The notes under the pieces are model-generated. The model was not told where the DNA came from and searched no databases. It saw only the letters and a list, made by a program, of their open reading frames with translations. 64,000 nt of DNA. Origin: Lama glama. Lineage: Eukaryota. Made by a program: the position numbers and the translations under genes. Within the stretch, counting starts at the first letter, position 1. Each line of letters opens with the position of its first letter. Of the stretch, positions 44,277 through 54,107 are shown in pieces. The stretch is from assembly GCA_028534125.1 (NCBI GenBank), contig CM052817.1:71736001-71800000 (forward strand), given 5' to 3'.

Positions 44277-46716
44277 GGTATTTACATTCCACTCAGAAGG
44301 TACAAAGACTGCTTGAAGCCTATCTATGAATCTTCTCCCACTCCACACCTATGCCCCAAATCAACTAGCTTTTGTCTTATGCATTTTTTGGTTAGTTATG
44401 TTATCTGAGTTATTTACTTCATTCATTTAACCAAAACTTATGATGTCCTTTCTATGTCTAAGTATATCGATTGTAGGAATAAAAATAAGTAATAATGATA
44501 TATATCTTTGAGAAACTTACAGGTTTATGGGAGAGGCAGAATATAAATAGTAAATTACAATGCAGTAACCAATTTGAAAGAACTACCAGAAGCAATTTGC
44601 TTTTACTTAGCAGGGTCAACAATACACTTTCACCATCTTGCCTCAGAGCTATATTCCAATTCTCCTCTCTGCCCTAAGATAGTCTGTAAAGAACTTGATC
44701 ATCTCAACATTCCACAAAACATCATAATTGATCCATTACTTTGATGGCATTGTGCTGATTGTATATGGTGAGAAAATTAGCCAGTACTGAGATGCCTTAC
44801 TAAGATTCTTGTGAACTAGAGGATAAAAGATAAATTGTACAAAATTCAGGAGCCCACTCTAGTGCAGTTTCTGGAAGTCTAATGGTCTAGAGTATATTGA
44901 GATATTCCCTCTTGGTACAGCCATGGCACAAATTTAATAAAAATCTATTGATTTTATTACTTAATTTATCTTGGACTTATTTGCATTATACTATAATTTT
45001 AGCCAATTAATCTAATCATATAGACTACATTAGAAAGTTGCTTTTTCCAATCTAGGGAAGAGCAAATAAAACTTAACTGTTACCCCATATAAATACGAGT
45101 ATAAGTACTTCCCTTTAATTTACTGGTTCCTTTTTTTTAGTTTAATGGGATCATAGGTAAATGGATGAAGTACTTCTATTCAATAAATAGAAATAATTTT
45201 TTGAAAATTAATAGTTAAAATTGTAGGTTTTAAATTGTCTTTAGTACTTCCAAAATAATTTAATTTTTAATGTTTCTACAGTTTACATTTCACTAATCCT
45301 CAAAATCATAGGTTGTTCTTTAAAAAAAGTTAAATATTTTAGAAAATATTAAATTGTGGTCTATCATTTGTCTTATTTAATTAATTTTGTCAGTTGGTGA
45401 CTCAAGAATTGAATTACTGAAATGAAAGCTGTGTCCTATTGGAATTTAGCTAAGGGTGAACATTAAAAGTTTATTTTGAATTATTTTTCTGATTGGCTTC
45501 TCTTAGGTATTTGGATTTGCTCAAGGACTCAAATCTTATTAAGACTCAGGATGTGTTTACAGTCATTCGCTATATCTCATACAACAGCTATGGGAAGTTT
45601 ATGGCTTGGAATTGGATACAGCTCAACTGGGAATATCTAGTCGACAGGTGGGATGATCAAATAATGGTTTGTTGTTCTCCTTGATATCATCTATAAATTC
45701 TTCCTTTTTCTCTTTTCTGTACTTTCTCTGACATCTTTACAATATTTGAAATGGCATATTATCAGAGGTAAAGGATCAGGGTATTATCCTTCCAGGGAAG
45801 CAATACACTAGTTAATTTTACGCATAATTCCTTTTCTGGAAAGTAATGTTTCCAATTGACCTACAGAATTCTGAAATCTGGAAAGATGCCTAAATCACAT
45901 TATTTTTGATTTGGTTAAAACAGGTTAATATAATTCTGCCTAATGTGCTAGCACCTAGCATAATACCAGGTACATGTTTCATTCTCAATTAATTTTTAAT
46001 GAAAATTAAATAAGAACTTCTAGACCTGTATTCACATTAGAACCCTATATCTTACTGAGTTTATATAGATAATAACTTTTACTTCCCTTAACCAGATAAT
46101 TAAACTTTAAGTATTCTGAAACTTTCTTTAAAGGGAATTATATTTCCCAGGCAATGGCAGTTTTAAAATGAGAAATAGCAAGGACAAGAGATGAGCAAAT
46201 TAGCTTAAGAGATGCTTTCCTATATTTCTTACTTCTTCAGCCCCATACAGAAGAAATATTGGTACTCTTGGCCCTGATCCTCTAAATTTACTGCTTATTT
46301 CCATTAAAAAGGTTTTTCTTTGACAAAGTATAAAATAGAATATAAATTATATGTCCCAAATAAATGTGTAAACATTGACCAAAGACCTATACCACTGTAA
46401 TCCACACACCAGGAAATGGCTTCTGTCATCTCCTTCTAATCTCTCCTATCTCCCCATCAGCACCGCCTACTAGATAATGACCACCTTATCAGAAATACTA
46501 ACTGCAAAGAAAACTTTTATTTCTACTCTATTTTCTACCCTACAACTCACCAGTGTGCCTTTATGTTCATTCATATTTCTTATCCTTCTGAGATCCAGAT
46601 TATATCTCTAACTCTCAACCAAGACACCCTACATTGCTTTTTCTTATTTGTGATAAATTTTTGCCTCTTCTATTCTTGCAATGATTGAGTCAATCTATGA
46701 AGATTGATTGGCATGC

Positions 46717-46766
<50 letters not shown>

Positions 46767-49700
46767 TGTATATATATGTTGTTTTGTTTATCTGTTTATA
46801 ATTGTTTCAATAAAATGTTTAGTTTAGAATTAAATCTACCTATTGAGAACATGTTATTTGGAGATAATAGTTCGCATTATGCAAGGTAGTATGAAAGATT
46901 TTGAAAGATATATGTCTAATGTTATGTACTGTATATTTTAATTGAAGACTATAAAACTTTTTTAGTATATGCAGCAAGAAACCTATGTAGATGAGTAACC
47001 ATGCTTACTACAAAATTATTGTGAAAATATAAGTAAATAATTTTCTATTTTGTGTAATAAAATAAGCATTTCCTTATTGTTTATTAAACAGAATACTTCT
47101 CAAGGCCTACTTGAGTAACCCTGGTGTGATTTACTTCAAACAATTCATGTTTCATTTTTAAAAATTAGTTCATTGTTATACTTTTTAAAAAATTAAGAAT
47201 TAGGAAAAACAGATGTTACATTGTCATGAAAGTCATGAATTGCTGGCCTTAAATTAATCTATTAGAATACTAAATTTTTTTCAAGAAAAATAATTGATAA
47301 GCTATTTCCAGTACTAGTTTCAAAACCCTCTCCCAAGGCTTTTAATATTTCTTCAGAGCTTAATGATCTAATTCTCATGAGGTATCATTTCAAATAGACT
47401 CAAACATAAAATGACATACTAACCACATATCAGACACAAAAAAACGCCTACTATTATTATGGTCAGTTTGAACAAATATCATTTCCCCATTAAAATTGGA
47501 TATGACAGATTAAACAGAAATGAGCCAAGCATTTTCCAAATATTTCCACACTCTTAAACATTTTCCAGACTTCAGAATGAGTGGTTTTACTGCCTCTGTT
47601 TCTGAACAATTTATTGTCATCCCAAAATAAGTAAGCATGATTTTATATAAAGCTTTCGTTATGTGATTTTTATGATAGCAGATGGCCACATCACTAATGT
47701 CCTTTCTAGTTTGAGACTTCACCACAAAGCTCCAAAGATACTTCAGAAATTATTATTATCTTTTATTTATTCTGCTAAACTCTTCCATGAAACTGTGAAC
47801 TTGATAAGCCAGTATAGTGTGGTGTGATAAAGTCTGATTTTAATTTATGACTATGAATGAAAAATTAAGTCAATGGGATATGACTGAAATCATTTAACAC
47901 TACCTCATAAACAAAATAATTTAATGAGCACTTAAAAGTTTTGTGCGCATCAAAATCATTTGTTTTGGATAACATAATAGTAGGTAAATACTAAGTTCAA
48001 GAAGATAATTTTATACAATTACTTTTCAAAATATTTAAGATATAATTAAATCCTTATTTTAGTTTTAGAAGTAATCAGTATGATAAATATACAGCATATT
48101 TCCTCTTAAATGGTATATTTTATATGATATTGGTTTCTTGGGATGAATATATTTTGTTTTTATATTTCTAGTATTTATACAGGCAGTTCAGTTGCAGTTT
48201 GTGTTCAGTATGTTCATTGCTAGTTTCTAAATATATTCTTTAATTTTTAGTCACAAAGAACAAAATAGAGGAGGAATATTATAGGAATTATAGAAAGTCA
48301 CTGGAAAAATTGTTTTCTTACCTGTTACAACAGATTTTGTTTGAATCTATAGAATATCATTACAGAAACTTAGTATGATTTCCTTCTTTAAAGTCTCCAT
48401 TTTCTTATTATAAAATGGGTATGTACTGTTTTGTACAAAATGCAGATAAGCAAAAATAAGGATACAAAAGTCACCTATAATTCCACAACCTAAAAATAAT
48501 TCCTGTTGTCTCATTGCTGTTTTCCCTTGGGTTATTTTTCTATGGCTGTTTATTTATTTACAGAAATGGAATCATATCAGGCATATGTTTTTATAACTGG
48601 CTTTTTTTTCCCACGTCATCCTGTATTGTATCTTGTGGATATCTTTTCATATCTTTAAGTATACTTCTTCAATGTTACTTTTAATGCTGAGTCATATTTC
48701 GATGTATAGATATATCTTACTTTATGTAGCCGATCTCCATCTGTTGGATAATAAAATTGTTTCAAACTTTCCACTGCATAAATAATGTATTGATGAATAA
48801 CTTTGAAACTGAATCTCTTTGAAAGACCTTGACAATTTCCTTAGGATACAAATAATACTAAAATACTGCTATGTTAAAGGATGTGTTCATTTTTTCTGAT
48901 AAATGTTGCAAAACTATCACCCAGAAAAAAAATTTGCTGTTAACTTTGCCTATTTTTCCACCCCTTGCCAATACTCGGTGCTGTCATTTAAAAAACATCC
49001 TTACTAATTGAGTACATGAAAACTGATATCTCATTTTAAATTATAATTCTTTCATCCAGTAAATATTGTGGAGCATCTACTATGTGCTGGGCACAGCACT
49101 TGGCAGTGAACATACAATAGTATTCAAGGTAAATCAGATCTGATTCTCTGTCCTCAGTGTCCTTAGTGTTTAGTTATGGACATCAATATTAAGTAAATAG
49201 TCACACAAATACATGTATACTTAAAGCTATAATAACTACACATAGAAGAGGTTCAGAGCACTGAAAGAGTTATGCAGAAACTAACCAAGTCAAGAGAAGT
49301 TGGAGGTTAAGGGCTTCCCTAAGCAAGTGATGACTGAGCTGAATTCTGAAGGACAGGCAGGAGTGAATTAGATGAACAGTAGTTGAAACATTCCTCTCTG
49401 AATGCCTACTATCAGAAAAGAGGAAAGATAAGGACCAAGGTTTTCAGGGTCACATCAAGATTTGGGCTTTTGTTCTAAGAGCAATTATTAGTCACTACAG
49501 GATTTAAGTAAGAAAGTAAAATAATCAATTGTACATCAAAAAGAAAGCTCTGGTGGTAAAGTATAAACTTAGATGAAGGCCAGAGTGAATCTGGGGAAAG
49601 CAATTAGAGAGCTATTGGAGTAGTCCCACAAAACAGTGGTAGATCGGACTATGGATGTGATGGTGCAGATGAAGAGGCAAGGCAACATTCAGAACCTGGT

Positions 49701-52700
49701 AGATTAGAAATGGGAGACAAGCAAAGTGACTTCTAATATCTAGATTTCTAGAAAACATAAGGTTTATAGAAAGAGAACAATGAGTCCAGTTTGCTACATA
49801 TGATGCCTTTGAGTCTCTTTTGAGATGTTAAAATGGAGATGGTTTCAAGGAAATTACAGTCCCCTGTCAAATGCTGCTTAAGTTTTGATTAAATCCAAGA
49901 CTTTAAAAAATGCCCACTTAAAAAATTTATCAGCATAACAACTACTGGTAACTCTAAAAAGAGTTTTTCAGTGGAGTGATGGGAAGCAGAACTCAAATTT
50001 AAGCAAATCAATATATCAGTAAGCAGTGAGATGACAGAAACAAGAAAAATAGAGAAGTCTCTTGAAGAATTTGACTATGGATGGGGAAGTGAGAAGAAGA
50101 ATATTAAGAGTAATGCCAGATCAAGGCAGAGGATTATTTTTCCTTTTCTTTATGGAAGATATTTTAATATGTTTAATATACTTAGAAGCTGATGAAAAAG
50201 ATCCAGTGATGAATGAGAGATTTAATGTGTAAGACAGAAAAAAAGATTTTTTAAAAAACAAAATTTTTGAGAAAGCAGGGGAGAAACAGGAACCAAAGCA
50301 CAGATGATAGGAGGAAAACAGGTACATGTGTATGTCTGTAAGCTAAAAGATGTAGGAGCTACTATATTATTTTCTCTCTGAATTAGAAGGCGGGGTTATC
50401 TTTGTAGGGATGGAGGGAAGAGGGGGAATGTTTGGAAGCTGTAAGAGAGTGAAAACATTTTTAAAAAGCATTCAGAGAGGAAGAGAGTGAGTTGGCCAGA
50501 GTACTGAAGACTTGTCAGTGTAGAGGGCCCTTTTATGACTGATATCCATAAACTGATAGTGAAACAATACAGGGAAAGTTGGGTGACCTCCCTTGACAGA
50601 ACGTGTCCACCTGGTACAAACAGTGGAAATGGGCAGTTGATTTCATTCCGAGCTGGAGTTTTGCTAGACACAAATTATTAAAATATAAGGGAGTTTTTAG
50701 GGCTTAGGAAAAAATGTTATTGACAATGACAGACCATGGAATCTAAACTATAGAAAGAAGTAAGTGAATGAAAAGGGAAGAGCTGATGATTCCGAAAAAA
50801 GTAGGAGTAGGGATGGTAAGGGGGCCAGAAATCCAGATAAAGTCAAAAAATGGCCATAGTGGAAACTGAAAGGGAAATTACATCATGGAGCATGCACAAA
50901 TTAATCATCTTAGAGGCAGAGTATTTATGGATAATCACAAGGTATGACCATGGGAATTGGTGGCTGAGGTAGAATGGAGAAAATATCATTGGAATTGAGG
51001 AGGTCAAGAAACTAAGGAGCTAAGCTGTATATCACCACCAATGTGGACCTTGAAATCATGGCCTGGAGTAGAGCAGACCACCAGGAGCCAAGTGCCAACA
51101 TGTATCATAAATGAGGTGAGGGGAAATAACCTGAAGGAACAGAGGTTCTTAAAGAGAGTGGAGGAATAATGATTTGGAATCCACAATGAGGAGCATGACC
51201 ACACCACCTCCCTTTCTGACCTGGTGCTATGGAGGATGTGGGGAAAAAAACATTCTCCAAATGAGTAGGAGTATTCCCTGTAAAGGAGTAGTCCAGAGGG
51301 CTGGGTGTAGGGCCTGAGAGGTTGGGGAGCTTTAGATGGCTAAGTCAGAGGTAAGGAGGTACAGACATTACAGAGGCAGTGTTGAGTATAGATGCCTGAG
51401 AGAATTATATTGTGGATAATGACTGATGCCAGTAAGTAAAGGGTAACAGCTTGCCTTAGACTTCCAAGAGAAGAAAGATAAAAAACAAAATGGATTTAAA
51501 TTCAATGGTATGTGTGATAAGAGTAAGCATTGCATCTAGAACACTGAAATCATGGATAACTATTAGAACATTTCCTCTGTTTCAACTGGTACATTTTCTC
51601 TTTGTATTTCTTTTGCAAACTGCTGATTCATTCCTTTGCTAACTTCATGTTGGCATATTTCTCCCTGTTGCCAATCTATAAGGGTTCTTTATATAGGGAA
51701 AATATTTGCTCTTTTTACAACAAAATAATAAACTTTGACTTTTAATTTTATGGCACTGCTTTTAGAATAAAATTTTTAATGTGTCTGCAACAGACTTTAT
51801 TGGGTTTTATCTTCATGATTTCTGCTTTTATGTAATAAATTTTAAATGTAAAATTTCTCCTACTGTTTTGTTTACCTCTTTATATACTGATATATTTTCT
51901 TTTATCCTTCTCCAACATTCCAACAGTAAGGTTTACATAATTCTTGTGGTTGTTTTCCTTACACTGTGATTAGTCAGGATGAAGTTTTTGTCTGTATTAC
52001 AATCATTTGTATTTTGGTCTATATGGAAATTTCTGATTCTTGCTCTTTAAGAGAGAAAATCCAAAAGGGACAGGAATAGAATATCATCTCTAAAGTGATA
52101 TCTTTGCACTTAGCTTCAAGTGTCTTTGCTTGCCAGGCTCACACAGATTATAACTCCAAAAATGCAGGTAGCTAATAAAGCTTTTTGAAAACAGAATAAA
52201 TACCCTATATTCAAATTTCTGTACCTTTACAATAAAGGTGATAAAGCTATTCTGCTGTAACAGAAAGAAAGAAATGCAGCAGCTTAAAGGACATATGTAA
52301 TTATGTCTTCACTCAGGTTAGTCTCCTGAAGTGAACATTCTAAGCTGTTAGGGTAATTCTGCTCCATGTGGCCTAGGATTGTATTCTATCTGTGAGGCTG
52401 AAGCTTGGAGGAAGGGGAGAAAGAAAACAAGAAGTCCAAGCCAAGCAATTTCCCTTTATTTAAGCAAGAGGCAGAAGCTGAACATACCACTTCTGTTCAC
52501 GTTCCACTGATAGTAACTGGGTCACCTGGCTGCATCTAGCTATGAGGAAGGCTGAGAAATGTAATCTGAGTGGGGTTCTCATGTGTGCAGGAGAAAAAGG
52601 AGAACAGATTTGAGGAATACAATAAGCAGTCTACCATATCTGGGAAAGTGGTGTGGACCTGTCTACAAAAATAAGTGTAGAATTTACTGAGAATTTATCC

Positions 52701-54107
52701 TGAATAGAATTAAATTAGATACTTTACTTCCTGTGCTTTCCTTTCTTTGAAAATTACTTAAAAACAAACAAACAAACAAAAACCCTGCACAATAAAAAGG
52801 AATGTCTGCATCTATAAAAATGATTTAAAGTTCTGGGCACTTATATTCCCTTTTACTCCCCTAAATTTCTCTTCAGATATACAATCAATGACAGAAACCT
52901 TGGCCGGATTGTCACGATAGCAGAGCCATTCAACACTGAACTACAGCTCTGGCAGGTATGAACATAAATTCCTCTATGCTTGTCTAGGAAGGAAGAGAAT
53001 TTTTTTTCAAATAGAAATGGTAGTGTCTCTATTCAGATCCCAGAAGACAAGGAGAAAGAAATAATTCTTATCCCTAATGAAATGTACACCTGTTTTTTTT
53101 CTAAACTGAAAAAAACTCAAATAACCAAGAAACAAAGTTCAAAAGCTGAGAAAGGTGAGGCCACAAGACCATTCAGTTTGCCAAAACATGAATGCTTAAC
53201 TCTCCCCTTTTCTGGTAAATGTAACTCCAGAATAGGCGAGTCAAGGTTTAATTCCTTTCAGAATTCATAATTTTGGAATTTCAAAACTAAACCCAAATCT
53301 TTCAGATTTCTAATATCTCAATTTCCAAGGGAATGGGGGAATGTTCATTAATGTTGGACAAATAGAGACTGCATGAATTTTCAACATCTGTGTATTAGAT
53401 ATTGGAATATTAACATTCTTCTGTGTGTTAAGAAACAAAACCTTGTTTTTGTAAAAAGCAAATGCTACTATAGTTGAGTTTGGGGGAGGGTTGCGGAGGG
53501 AAGAGGTAAAACAGAACCAAGTTTAACAGAGGTTTTTTTCATGAGTCCTTAATAAGTGAACTGAAAATATATGAAAATACTGCAGACTCATGAAGTGAAA
53601 GGCTAAGCAAAGCCTTCATTCCACAGACCAGAGTTTCCAGGGAACACACTGGGGAACATGCAGAAAACAGAGAAACCAGCAGAAGCAGACAGGGCATACT
53701 GGCCACCAGTGTGCTGCTCTCCTTCCCCAATATGTCAGGGCCTCTTTTGCTTGATTAGCGTGCTGCCAGGTGGCCAAAAGCTGTGAGTGATGATTGCTAA
53801 TCTGAGAGATGGGCTAAATGATGCACCAGAAGATATATCTCCATGTTGTGCCGTGATACTGAATTTCCTGGGAAGAAGGAAACAAATCCAGAGCGTAAAT
53901 AAAATTCTTGAAGAATAATTGGGCTTAAAATTACATTCTTAATTATTCCCTTCTCTTATACAGATAAAGAGCTTTTTTGAAAGATATCCAGAAGCTGGAG
54001 CAGGAGAAAAACCTAGGGAGCAAGTGCTGGAAACAGTGAAAAACAATATCGAGTGGCTAAAGCAAAACAGAGACACCATAAGAGATTGGTTTTTTGATTT
54101 ATCTTGA
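5745..54107 (+). CDS. ENPEP: ENPEP, glutamyl aminopeptidase (aminopeptidase A). 5'-partial spliced CDS of 17 exons (about exons 4-20), 648 aa in window
   Basis: Exons joined at GT-AG sites keep one open frame (1947 nt incl. TGA). Motifs: DFGTGAMEN (Thr typical of APA, versus NAGAMEN in ANPEP), HELVH-x18-E zinc site, GISYSKG catalytic Tyr, DRNLGR (S1 Arg). Exon sizes match my recollection of human ENPEP. Confidence 0.97.
8144..8298 (+). CDS. ENPEP: ENPEP exon 5 (155 nt) [52 protein letters not shown]
   Basis: tttccatag|AT ... CAG|gtaca; GAMEN and HEXXH motifs; inside ORF 8104..8430. Confidence 0.97.
8424..8516 (+). repeat. copy 1 of a 93-bp non-TE direct repeat (intron 5)
   Basis: 82/93 ungapped identity to 9915-10007 by manual alignment. 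Confidence 0.9.
8671..8784 (+). CDS. ENPEP: ENPEP exon 6 (114 nt) [38 protein letters not shown]
   Basis: tttcag|TGG ... ATG|gtgag; third zinc ligand Glu in NEGFA. Confidence 0.97.
9170..9315 (+). mobile_element. MIR fragment
   Basis: ggttcagatcctgg...tgtgaccttgagcaagtt...cctctctgag. Confidence 0.6.
9561..9580 (-). promoter_or_regulatory. candidate CTCF site (intron 6)
   Basis: Minus strand TCCAGTAGAGGGCAGTAC matches CCASYAGRKGGCRS at every position. Confidence 0.55.
9915..10007 (+). repeat. copy 2 of the 93-bp direct repeat (intron 6)
   Basis: 82/93 ungapped identity to 8424-8516. Confidence 0.9.
10033..10240. mobile_element. MER20 hAT-Charlie MITE
   Basis: cagggtttttcaa...taattctttgctgtggggctgccctgtgcatggtagga...gttgaggact. 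Confidence 0.85.
11060..11295 (-). mobile_element. MIR SINE
   Basis: tgtgccaggtactatg...catcatctcattaaatcctc. Confidence 0.65.
11831..11965 (+). CDS. ENPEP: ENPEP exon 7 (135 nt) [45 protein letters not shown]
   Basis: tttcag|CGT ... AAG|gtggg; catalytic Tyr in GISYSK. Confidence 0.96.
13748..13813 (+). CDS. ENPEP: ENPEP exon 8 (66 nt) [22 protein letters not shown]
   Basis: tcacag|GGA ... CAG|gtatg. Confidence 0.95.
14070..14441 (-). mobile_element. MLT1A/MLT1A0 MaLR solo LTR
   Basis: ggctgccataacaa...ctggaggctg...tgtcctcacatggcagagag...ccaaataccatcacactggggg...attcagtccatagca. Confidence 0.85.
17081..17097 (-). promoter_or_regulatory. candidate CTCF site (intron 8)
   Basis: Minus strand TGCCACTGGAGGGCAGG, one mismatch to CCASYAGRKGGCRS. 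Confidence 0.5.
17728..18047. mobile_element. MER58B-like hAT-Charlie MITE
   Basis: gttggaaaaaaatcaaaagaaga...agctgagtagctacgacagagac...tttacagaaaaaggttgc. Confidence 0.75.
18613..18678 (+). CDS. ENPEP: ENPEP exon 9 (66 nt) [22 protein letters not shown]
   Basis: catacag|AAT ... GAG|gtaag. Confidence 0.95.
18813..18964 (+). CDS. ENPEP: ENPEP exon 10 (152 nt) [51 protein letters not shown]
   Basis: tcttag|GCA ... GG|gtaag; M1-family WTxQxGYP motif. Confidence 0.96.
19110..21790 (+). mobile_element. HAL1 / ancient L1ME ORF1-type element with a nested MER63-like MITE (about 21231-21393)
   Basis: A-rich ORF1 relic (attagatttctccacaacaacc...aagaagaaaatggagcaa) followed by HAL1-type aaagaggaagacctgggatccaggaaaacag; MER63-like end gagagccagctgttaagcatttaccagcac. 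Confidence 0.6.
22040..22780 (-). mobile_element. L2 LINE fragment with nested MIR (about 22290-22455)
   Basis: ggaagtgatatttgagctga; gggagatgaactcagagaggaaggcaggggccag; ctctggctgcactatgg. Confidence 0.6.
25215..25600. mobile_element. MLT1 (I/J/K-type) MaLR LTR
   Basis: tcttaggttggcttc...aagcagaccctgag...ttcaagtgaaaatgactcattggg. Confidence 0.55.
26714..26793 (+). CDS. ENPEP: ENPEP exon 11 (80 nt) [27 protein letters not shown]
   Basis: ctttag|TTAC ... GGAG|gtaaa; phases match exons 10 and 12. Confidence 0.94.
27863..28365 (-). mobile_element. L1MB-type LINE-1 3' end
   Basis: gctttattgatgtataac...ttaaagtatacaatccagtg...gcaaccactaatctactttctgtc...tggacatttcatataaatggaat. Confidence 0.85.
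30560..31150. mobile_element. MLT1 (K/J/L-type) MaLR LTR
   Basis: gccacctaactgcaagggaggctagtaaatatagt...caggaagaaaagggaacag. Confidence 0.55.
32180..32420 (-). mobile_element. MIR SINE (near full length)
   Basis: tcttatttaatcttcacaacagccctgtgag...cagagaggtcaagtgatttggccaagatcacacagctagtaag. Confidence 0.8.
33066..33921 (-). mobile_element. 5'-truncated artiodactyl/camelid-type LINE-1 with 16-bp TSD, inserted into an L2
   Basis: Poly(T) start; ORF2 C-terminal peptide ([18 protein letters not shown]) on minus strand; TSD agaagat(a/g)gacttctt at 33050-33065 and 33922-33937; TT/AAGA endonuclease site. Confidence 0.92.
34991..35127 (+). CDS. ENPEP: ENPEP exon 12 (137 nt) [45 protein letters not shown]
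   Basis: ccacag|GA ... CAG|gtaag; GFYRVNY motif. Confidence 0.96.
35240..35295 (+). CDS. ENPEP: ENPEP exon 13 (56 nt) [19 protein letters not shown]
   Basis: tttccag|GAC ... AG|gtggg. Confidence 0.95.
36040..36630 (+). mobile_element. L2 3' end (about 36040-36300) followed by MIR (about 36420-36630)
   Basis: cttcctcaggaagcct...tgtgagggcagacacc...tgtatccccagc...cagtagatgctcactaaa; cttaacctctctctgcttcgatttcc. Confidence 0.65.
39688..40060. mobile_element. MLT1I/H-type MaLR LTR
   Basis: tgtcttaggttgagttcc...aagcagagtcc...ggtctcagctggag. Confidence 0.6.
40078..40217. mobile_element. MER5A fragment (hAT-Charlie)
   Basis: agaaatgcaaattcttagg...ccagatctgctgaaacggaatctct...aaacttgagaatcatg. Confidence 0.75.
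41919..42069 (+). CDS. ENPEP: ENPEP exon 14 (151 nt) [50 protein letters not shown]
   Basis: ttcttag|AGCT ... GAG|gtacg. Confidence 0.95.
43052..43125 (+). CDS. ENPEP: ENPEP exon 15 (74 nt) [25 protein letters not shown]
   Basis: tttcag|AAA ... ACAAA|gttatt; weak donor, but it gives the frame required by exon 16. Confidence 0.9.
43224..43328 (+). CDS. ENPEP: ENPEP exon 16 (105 nt) [35 protein letters not shown]
   Basis: ctcttag|GTTA ... AG|gtgac. Confidence 0.95.
43417..43587 (+). CDS. ENPEP: ENPEP exon 17 (171 nt) [57 protein letters not shown]
   Basis: ttctag|TCTT ... AG|gtaag. Confidence 0.96.
43700..44235. mobile_element. MLT1J/K-type MaLR LTR
   Basis: gcaagaaacaaaatatcc...tggcttaaacaataaag...tctgccatcctcaacatg. 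Confidence 0.55.
44241..44274 (+). repeat. (CA)17 microsatellite
   Basis: Read directly. Confidence 0.97.
44587..44912 (+). mobile_element. ERVL-class pol (reverse transcriptase) relic
   Basis: Translates, with stops and frameshifts, to [21 protein letters not shown]...[10 protein letters not shown]...HYFDGIVLI, matching ERV-L RT ([20 protein letters not shown]...HYIDDI). Confidence 0.85.
45507..45647 (+). CDS. ENPEP: ENPEP exon 18 (141 nt) [47 protein letters not shown]
   Basis: ctcttag|GTAT ... AG|gtggg; inside ORF 45493..45684. Confidence 0.96.
46719..46764 (+). repeat. (GT)23 microsatellite
   Basis: Read directly. Confidence 0.97.
48420..52030 (-). mobile_element. degenerate L1ME fragments interrupted by a long L2 (about 49050-51350)
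   Basis: L1ME 3' motifs (aaatggaatcatat...ttttataactggcttttttt); L2 motifs (gagcatctactatgtgctgggcac; gggcttccctaagcaagtgatgactgagctga). Confidence 0.55.
52220..52640. mobile_element. MLT1 MaLR LTR
   Basis: cacttctgttcacgttccactg...gtcacctggctgcatctagctatgaggaaggctgagaaatgtaatct. Confidence 0.55.
52877..52955 (+). CDS. ENPEP: ENPEP exon 19 (79 nt) [26 protein letters not shown]
   Basis: cttcag|ATAT ... CAG|gtatg. Confidence 0.95.
53964..54107 (+). CDS. ENPEP: ENPEP exon 20 coding part (144 nt) [47 protein letters not shown]
   Basis: tatacag|ATA ... TCT TGA. Confidence 0.94.
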   Translation: MKSFFERYPEAGAGEKPREQVLETVKNNIEWLKQNRDTIRDWFFDLS

